A stretch of DNA of 43,995 nucleotides, taken from the NCBI GenBank assembly GCA_002269645.1, contig NIVC01001669.1:1-43995 (forward strand), given 5' to 3'. The notes beneath the pieces were generated by a model. It did not search any database and had not been told where the DNA came from. It saw only the letters and a list, made by a program, of their open reading frames with translations. Position numbers and translations under genes: made by a program. The DNA is from Macrostomum lignano (taxonomy: Eukaryota). Of this stretch, positions 36,032-43,995 are shown one piece after another (position 1 is the stretch's first letter; the number at the start of each line of letters is the position of its first letter).

Positions 36032-39000
36032 TATATAATCTTTATGTCGCTTCTATTGTATAATGAATGCAAGTGGAGCTGCAGTTATTTATAGCGCCAT
36101 GATCTATCTGACTCGAGCAGGGCTGTTGCTCTCCAGCCGCTCCAACCCGCCGTCCTGCCGCAGGGTCGAATTGCCGCAGTAAAAAAAGAAAATGCTTTGC
36201 CAACTTTCCAATTGCTGCGTTGCTGATGGTGCTATTGGGGTCCCGCGTGCTTTTGGTTTGTAAATTGTATCCGGCCTGGGGGGGTGCGGATAGCACAGTG
36301 ATGGGCTGAAACTTAACACCGTTTTTGCCTGTCTAATTATCATGCAGGTGAGCTTTCACTTGTTGATGGCCGTTGTTGCTATGCGCACTGCCTAATCTGC
36401 ATCCGTGCCTGGCTTGTGTCTCCTATTGGCGTTCTGCGATGGTCTCATTGTCTCACAACGTTTAACTTTACCGTCAGTAATGGGAGCTGCCTTTCAACCT
36501 TCTGTTGGCCCTTCATCGCATTGCAAGTCTCCCATTGTTGGTAGCTATTGATTTCTGGGCAGGGACCTCCCCGTCTGCTTCGGCCCTTTTGAATTTTTCA
36601 TTTGGAAGGCGCCGAGGAGGGAGGGCGCGGCGCGGTTGTTGAGACGGATTTCTCCCTGCAAACTGCTGATGAAGCTGGGAGGCCTGTCGCGAGATTTCGG
36701 TCGATAAGCTGGGCAAATTGAATGAGAAGCGAAATACTTGGGCGGTTCATCTCCAGTGCCTGTTCTCGTGCCGATGGGCTTGGCTTTGGGATGCGCGTCT
36801 ATTTCCAGACAATAGCGAGAGAGAAGCAAGACCTGATGACGAAAACAGCCAGGGATGCTGGAAGCTGCGCTGCTTCGTGCCACTATAAACAATAGGCCTA
36901 TTGTCTTAGTTATATATTATTTTATCAATTATTTGCCATTATGAATTTTCTACTCTCATCAATTGTGCAGCTTTTGATGACCTCTCATTCTCTCTTTTTT
37001 TTAAAGCACGGTCCCGCTCTCTTTCAGTCCTTCACTTCCTTAGCGCAGCTCCCATCGACTGTTTGCGTGCTCTCGCCATTGTTTTATTGCTGCGTGCTTA
37101 AATCTGCATTGCTTCGCTGGGCAAGTATATACTTAATAATATTGCAATAGTTGTAGCTTTATACTGCCAGCTTCTTGTCTCCATGGCTATGGCCTCCCGT
37201 GCTCCCGGTCTCCTGATTCTTAAACTTCCTTTCCCCACAATGCACTCAGCCAGGCTCCCTCGTCTTGCCGGGGGCTGACCGTCTCAGTCTTCTCCCCTAA
37301 AACTCCTTACTGCTGCCTTCTCGTTCGCTTTGTCTGCCATGCAGTCCTGCCCTCAGTTTCCTTTATTCAGCCGGTAGGGCTGGCGCTTTTCTCATTCTTC
37401 ACCTGGCCTTATCGCCCTGCGTGCCCGTGAACCAGCTGTGTGCCAATGTGCTGCTAGCCGAGGGAGCTCTCCCACACAATGGACGAGGGGGTGGGGGGCT
37501 GTCAGCAAGCGGTCGGAGAGGATGAGGAGATGGGGCGCTGAAAAGAGAGACAGAGTGGGTCCTAGGAGTTTTCCTATATACGTACTCGCAACTGGCCTTC
37601 CTTTGTGTATTCTGTGTGTGTGCCTGTGTGATGGGTGAGAGCCCGGGTTTGAGTCGCTGCTGTTGTCAGAGCGACTGTGAGGGGAGGCTGGGAGGGCCTG
37701 TAGCCTCATCACCCGTGGGCCTTTCCTCCTCTCCGTTCCATTCCGGTCTCAGTTGGGCCTGGCATACGCGGCCTCGCGCATGCATTATACTCAGCGAACA
37801 ATTCACGTTTGGAGCCTTTTTAATGTCTTCTCTCTGTGTGCGCGGACTGTGTGGCCTGTGTGCCTGCCCTGCATGTTGACTTGAGTCATCCCCTCCGCTT
37901 CACCGTTCTCTCCTCTCGCGGTCTCCTAGGCTCTACTCGCTTTGCGTTGAAGCTCTAAGGCTAAACTCTGCTTACATAGGCGCTCTGAATCGCTTGCTAG
38001 CGTTATTTGCTCCTGTTAGGGGGATGCTGAGCGGTTTTCGGGTTGCTGCGGGCTGAAGTTTAGCCTGGAACTCAGCTCAGGTGCTGCTGGTGGTGCCTTC
38101 TGTTTCCCCTCAGTTTGCTTCCCCCTGCTGATGAGGCCGTGTAAATGCATAACTTCAATTAATTTCGCGCCAATAAATTTTTCGCTACATCACCAGCGCA
38201 TAAAAAAGCCGCGCTCGCGCGCACACACAGGTGGAGGGGAGCCCGCATTGAAGCCCGCAGTCCCCTGGGACCAGGGACCTGTTATGCCACTGCCCCAATG
38301 AGGAATTATTGCCTCTCTGTGTCTGTTGCGGTTGCCTTTTATGATTGGAGAGAATTAACCCCGAAGGCCTTTTTAGCGTGTTGTTGCTAATAGTTTCAAG
38401 TTTGTTCAGCTCGGGGCTCTGAACTGCTCTCAACCGCTTCGAATATTTGCGGAGCAGCGAATGCAACTTTTTGAGTTGCTCGCCGGCCCGTGCTTCAATT
38501 ACTCGCTCCCTCATTGCCCTCCCCCATTGCCTTAATTAAATTTGCTATACCCGCGATAAGGAAGAACAAGTGGTTAGCGACCCCCTAGCCTCACCTCTCG
38601 CTGCTAAGTCACGACTGCTATGCTCGTAATCTATTGAACTCTCGCAGCTGTGCAGCCGATAAGGACTGCGCAGTGCAGCGCCGCACGGCAACTGCTGCAC
38701 TGGCTGCGCCCTCGCTGCCTGTCTGTTATCTGCGGCTCTCGGGGCTATCCATAGGGCAAGCGGAGGCGTCGGTTCGACACCGCAGCTTTGACTGTAGGCG
38801 GGGCGGGGCTGCGAGATTGTCTCAGTTCACTCCTGGCCTGTCAGTTTCATGTGCAACTATGATCGTTGCAGAGTTCAGGCAAAACAATTTCAGAGGTCAA
38901 AGGCATTTCTCTTGTGCGTAAATGTGCCTTATAATCATTTAAATTTCTCTTCTGGGAGAGAGTTGAGTCAAACTTATTTATTTATTTTTTCCAATCTTTT

Positions 39001-40277
39001 TAGTGACTCTCTTAATAATGCTTTGCAGCGCATATAAATATAGGCTTTACAGGCAAATAGTCTAGCAAGTGTATAAACAGGCCACAGCACTATGATTTAG
39101 AAGAGTTCTGCTCGCGTCGGCAGATAGCGAAAGCGTGGGATTAAGCATATTGTAAAACAGTATATTGAGTATATAAGCTGGTACAGCAATAACTTAGCAT
39201 GCTAATTGGGCTTGAGAATTTACACAATTGTAGGCCGCTGTGGTGACTGCAAGTGGCGCCCGAAGCCGCAGTGGGCTCATAGGGGACGCGTGGCATTTCA
39301 AGTTGTTTCTAGAGATTTGACAAGCAAAAGTGTTTAAATAGGCGAGTAATTGTTAACCAGGATAGATGGCTGAGGATAGCAACTGGCTAATATCACAGAG
39401 TCGCTTGTTGAGTTCTGCCCCTATCATTTTATCTGCAGCTTTTCTACTTAAACAGTTAGAGTTGGGGCAGTGTTTCAGATTATTGCATTAGGAATCTCGG
39501 TTGCCGTGGCTTCCCACCTGTTAGTCTACTGCAGGCGATTCGACTAAATTCTACATATTTAATAAAAGCATAGGCAGCTAAAGCAGAGGACAAAATAACT
39601 GTTAAGTAAATATATTAACAAGCAGGCAGCGGGCGTGAGCAGCTATGCTTACAGATAATAAACAGGGAACAACGATGCACCTGGCTATTTACAAATTCCA
39701 CAGCCTTGTTGCAGCGTTTTTGCCGGCCCTGTCAAGTCCGGGGGACCCCGGGAGCCCGCTGGGAGCCCCGGTGGCCTCGGACTGGCTGAGCCAAGCTGGA
39801 AAAACTGACTGCCCTAACGACGCCGGGACATTTGGACGGAATGAGTCGCGAAGGCCTTTCCAGTTTTTTTAGGAAAGCAAAAGTTAAAAAGAAAAAGCAA
39901 ACAATTATAACAGACAGGTATAGCGATAGAGCAAACATGTGTAGGAAAAATTTAGGAAGCAGCAAAGAGCAAACGGTGATTGTAGTGAACACACTGGGCT
40001 ATCTCCGTTCGTAAATAGGCTTTCATTTTTCAAGAACAAATCTGTATTGGCATTCAATTTTAGAATCAATTTAATTATTTGCCTGTACAAAACTGAGCTG
40101 ACACCGCCTGAAGATATGTTTTTGTAGATTTTTGTCAAAGAAAACTTTGCAGCGTCTAAATACTTGTGCTTTCAGATTAATTGCAGTGCGGAGTGGCTTC
40201 TTTAACAGGGGATTTGTGCTGATTATGGGAAGCTGTGCTGCGAGTGTCTGCCTTACGGTTGCGCTCTTATGGACTCT

Positions 40278-41012
40278 CTAAAACACAGTCTTGGACCTGA
40301 TTAGCAGTCCCTGCGTCTGCCTGTCCGGTATGCCGGTCCTGGTGTAGAACGTGTCATTGATGAGGCGGGTCCGACCGAACGGTGGCTTCTTGATGTCGGC
40401 CACCTTGATCACTTCGCCCAGCTTCCAGCCGTACTCCCAGGATGACACAATAGGGAACTGGTACTTGTCTTCCGGCGCCTTTGCGGCCCGCTCTTTGAGG
40501 TAGAGGCCCCTGGAAACAAGAAATAACAATTTATTGATTACTTTTACACCTACCAATGTATCTTGAATTCTGAAGTTGCGGTCTGCTTAGCAACAAAAAA
40601 TTGACACACGATCGCCAACTGACCTGCCCCTGCCCTCTCGGCTGAAGCCCTGGTATAGAAGGCCTCGCGTCCTTGGCGATATCGGCCGCATCTCCACGCA
40701 CAGAGACGGGTCTGACTCCTTCAGCCTGCTGATAGCGTCCAGGACCTCCTGGTTCTCGTTCCGCTTTGGCTTTGTGTGCTTCTGCGTCTTGAACTTCTCC
40801 ACGCTTTGCCGCAGATCGTCAGTCATGGTTGGCGCCAGCTCCAGCCTCCTCTTGAACACCTCCATCTGTCGGCTGCGCGTCTCTGTTCCGCCTCCGACTT
40901 TGCCACTGGCACGCCGCGCCATGTACCAGTGCAGTTGAGCGTCCCGCTCCTTGGTGTAGCGCTCTTCCAGACTCTTCTGCGCCGCAATGTCAGCTGGGTA
41001 GTTTCTTGCCAT
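40278..41012 (-). CDS. SPMIP1: Sperm microtubule inner protein 1 (ATP6V1FNB) homologue; exons 41012-40624 and 40509-40278
   Basis: EMRPISPRTRGLLYQGFSREGRGR-GLYLKER...PEDKYQFPIVSSWEYGWKLG matches the conserved C-terminal domain. Phase-2 GT-AG intron. Confidence 0.85.
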
Positions 41013-42314
41013 GGTGCCTGCTGGCCACTCTTTAACTGTCTTCTTGCCCGCTGCCTCCCGCCGCCTGCTTACGTGCCGTCACTGCCGCCACCGCTGTGCT
41101 GGTGTGAGAATAGCGGAGCGGATGAGGTATCGCATCTGTCTCGCGTCTGCAGCTCATCTTTAACCACCGGGCCCCTCCCCTCCTCACCTCCACTCTGCCA
41201 CCCCACCCCTCCAGGTTGTTTTCCCTATTCTACCACTTGGGACCGCAATGTTTGGGGCGGTCCTCAAATTGCAGCTGATTCAGCCAATCCTCCCGCTCTG
41301 TGTCACCTTGGCGACAGCATGGGGTGCGGAGAAGTGGAGACGAGGCGGCTGCTGGTGGGTCGGCACGGGGGGAGGGTTGGTTACTCGCAAGGTGGGGCGC
41401 GTTTTTGCCTTTGTCAATTCAACCCCCGTATTGGGTCTGGCTGGCTGCAGACTGAGTTTTGGAGGCCCCCCCTCACCGCCTCACCCCCGGGTGCTCCGCT
41501 CCAATGCGTGCGCTCGCTTGTGTTTGCACCAGTTGAGCATGTGCGCGCAATCGCTGAATGCCGTGTGTGCTCACCTGCTGCTCTGTCTTGCTGCTTTCAT
41601 ATTTCTGAATATGAAGACTGAAGATTTAAATTGTTCTACACTTGTCTTCTTGGTTTTTGCTGCTAAAAGCTTTCTATTAGGAACTTGGAATGTGGCCTTC
41701 TCCTATGTATTACAAGAGAGATTTGTTGCTTTCAGCCCCAAATCGACGCCAATTTTTCCCAAAGAAAGCAACGACAAAAATGAATGAAAATAGAGTCACG
41801 AGTAGGCTTAGCGCCAAGGGTCTAGCAGTTTGGAGTTTTATTAACATTACCAGCCACACGAAAGAAGGGCCGGACGTCCTCGAGCTATTCTAGATAGCTA
41901 ATAAACTTTAAACCCTTTGTAGATAGCGTCCTACAGCTTATGAATATTGCTTATATTGTTTTTGCTGTTCAGCAAGGCAGGACAAAGTTTATCTATTCTA
42001 TTCTATAGTAGACTTTATCTATAGTGGCAGCCCGAGAAACCCCGGTGTGCACTCGCGATCGAATGATCATGAAACAGCCGAGTCTGTTTGCTTTGAGCTA
42101 TCTTTGTTGAAAAAAATCAAATCTGAGTGCGACAGGGTTTGTGCGTATGAGGAGGACTTATACTTTAAAATTTGTCTTTTGCAATGCCATGTGCACACAC
42201 TTACTACTACTGGAAGTAAGCGTGTGTACATTTACCTGTAGTTAGGTGTCAGTGGAACGAAAAGGTTGAAGGATTAATTTAGCTTTCAGTGGAATTTTAT
42301 TGATCTGGCTAGGA

Positions 42315-42800
42315 CTGAAATCGTGCTCAGAATCAAACTCGTGCTCAGTCTGTTATTCAAAATCGTGCTTAGTCTTAAACTCATGCTCAGACTCAAACTC
42401 AGACTCAAACTCATGCTCAGACTCAGACTTAAACTCAGACTCAAACTCATGCTCAGACTCAGACTCAAATTCATGCTCAGACTCAGACTTAAACTCATAC
42501 TCAGACTCAGGCTTAAACTCATAACTCAGACTCAAACTCAAACTCATGCTCAGATTCAAACTCATGCTCAAACTCATGCTCAGACTCAAACTCATGCTCA
42601 GACTTAAACTCATGCTGAAACTTACTCATACTCAAACTCAAACTCATGCTCAGACTCAAACTCATGCTCAGACTTAAACTCATGCTGAAACTTACTCAGA
42701 CTCAGACCCAAACTCATACTCAGACTCAGACTTAAACTCATACTCAGACTCAGGCTCAAACTCATGCTCAGACTTAAACTCGTGCTCAGACTCAAATTCG
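42315..42800. repeat. Hexamer-based degenerate array (AAACTC/ATGCTC/AGACTC)
   Basis: Direct reading; lies upstream of the acceptor-like TCAACAG| at ~42822. Confidence 0.92.
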
Positions 42801-42887
42801 CGCTCACACCAACCAATCAACAGATAGCTCAAGGCTCGAACCCTCCAACTGTTGAATTGCAGCAGCAGCAGCAGCGGCCACAGCAGA

Positions 42888-43301
42888 ATGTCAGCCGGCG
42901 GCAATCTGTTCACCCGGGGCCTGCGCTACCTGGCTAGCAAGGAGTTTCGCAGCTACCTGTGCAGCACCCACTTCTGGGGCCCGGTGGCCAACTGGGGCCT
43001 GCCTTTGGCCGCCCTCGCCGACGTCAAGAAGAACCCGGAGATGATCAGCGGCAAGATGACCACAGCGCTGTTTTTCTACTCCATGGCTTTCATGCGTTTC
43101 GCCTGGCGCGTGCAGCCGCGCAACATGCTGCTGTTCGCCTGCCACTTCACCAACGACACAGCCCAGTTAGTGCAGCTGTGCCGCTTCACCGACTATTGGT
43201 ACGTGAAGGATGAGGCCCAGCGCCAGCAGCTGCGCCGCCAGTATGAGGATGCGGCCGGTGAGGCCGCCGCTGAAGTTGCTGTCGCCGAGCCGAAAAAGTG
43301 A
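42888..43301 (+). CDS. MPC1: Mitochondrial pyruvate carrier 1 (CDS without introns)
   Basis: [26 protein letters not shown]...[38 protein letters not shown] matches MPC1. Confidence 0.95.
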   Translation: MSAGGNLFTRGLRYLASKEFRSYLCSTHFWGPVANWGLPLAALADVKKNPEMISGKMTTALFFYSMAFMRFAWRVQPRNMLLFACHFTNDTAQLVQLCRFTDYWYVKDEAQRQQLRRQYEDAAGEAAAEVAVAEPKK

Positions 43302-43807
43302 CGCGCCGCCCCCATCCGTCTCTGCCCCCGAGGATTCCTCCCGGGAAGCATTCCAGCGAGAGCTCCGCTATGGGACTGATTAGACATATGCAATAGCAAT
43401 TATTATTATTAACTGCTGGATACTAATTACTTCCAATTCTGTTTGTGCCTTTTTAAATTTTTTCAATCAAAACACAACGGTTGGACTAATAATAGCATTA
43501 ACATTGGCATCAATTATATTATTTACACACCATTCGACTCCTAGATTATGTGGCCTGCCTGCAGACACCACCATTTGCACTCTTGCCGCCAGCGCATCTC
43601 TCCAATTCAATTTTAAAGGTAACAATTCTGTCTCTGTTATTCTGTTTAACGCCACGGATATTAATTACCATAGACAACTGGCTCGATCGAAAGCCAAACT
43701 CCCTACTGGAAGCAAAGTACAATGGTAGATCTGCCATAGAGTCATTGATCCTTTGCAGACTGTGGTTTGGTTTCTTACAGAGCTCTTTTGCATTGATAAG
43801 TTTTGTC

Positions 43808-43993
43808 CTAAAAGTACTTCGTTTCGTTTCTGTTGCTTTTCTCTCTGCTCAGGGAAACTATTGAGAGAGCTTGAGGCGCGTAGGAGGGAGACTTCGCCCA
43901 CTCTTGGTCGCTATAATCTTTTTTATACCAATCTTTGCTTCTGTTCTGCTGAAATTTATCTGCTCCAATGCGGTTGTCTGCGCTAAGTGTCTT
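43808..43993 (-). CDS. Possible 3' end of a gene entering from the right edge
   Basis: Frame open from the window edge (KTLSADNRIG...KDWYKKDYSDQEWAKSPSY...TKYF*). No homology recognised. Confidence 0.2.
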   Translation of the reverse strand, partial: KTLSADNRIGADKFQQNRSKDWYKKDYSDQEWAKSPSYAPQALSIVSLSREKSNRNETKYF

Positions 43994-43995
43994 AG

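Noticed and set aside
36833-36844. CTGATGA-C-GAAA hammerhead ribozyme core
   Set aside because: Only 1 nt between the motifs (no stem II), and no stem III/NUH cleavage site can be formed.
39254-39264. TGGCGCCCGAA tRNA-Lys primer-binding-site match after a CA
   Set aside because: Only 11 nt; no paired LTRs and no gag/pol downstream.
40776-41621. 281-aa plus-strand ORF
   Set aside because: Antisense to SPMIP1 exon 1 and extends into GC-rich promoter DNA; no motif.
42286-42913. SL/EFES-repeat ORFs upstream of MPC1
   Set aside because: Translations of the hexamer array.

Overview
Eukaryotic, metazoan-type genomic DNA: GT-AG introns, GC3-rich exons, AT-rich intergenic DNA and a different micro/minisatellite in almost every intron. 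The style suggests a Macrostomum-like flatworm, but that is inference only. Recognisable genes are a multi-exon synaptotagmin-like tandem-C2 protein (+, 8643-12201, with probable upstream exons), TRAP-gamma/SSR3 (-), a small membrane-protein ORF tightly followed by a PUS1/TruA pseudouridine synthase (+), an SPMIP1/ATP6V1FNB homologue (-) and MPC1 (+). An unidentified terminal exon lies at the left edge. Mobile DNA includes a tRNA-derived SINE, a LINE 3' remnant, an internally deleted mariner and several foldback/MITE-like elements. The dominant structure is an ~8 kb inverted repeat (16321-24273; 3.8 kb arms, 366 bp spacer). The most interesting signal is repeat-associated C:G->T:A mutation biased to CpA/TpG->TpA, resembling fungal RIP. 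It shows in the palindrome spacer, in arm-to-arm mismatches, in a local direct repeat, in TIR mismatches and in minisatellite unit variants. The assembly appears to carry some homopolymer indel errors, so frame disruptions need caution.
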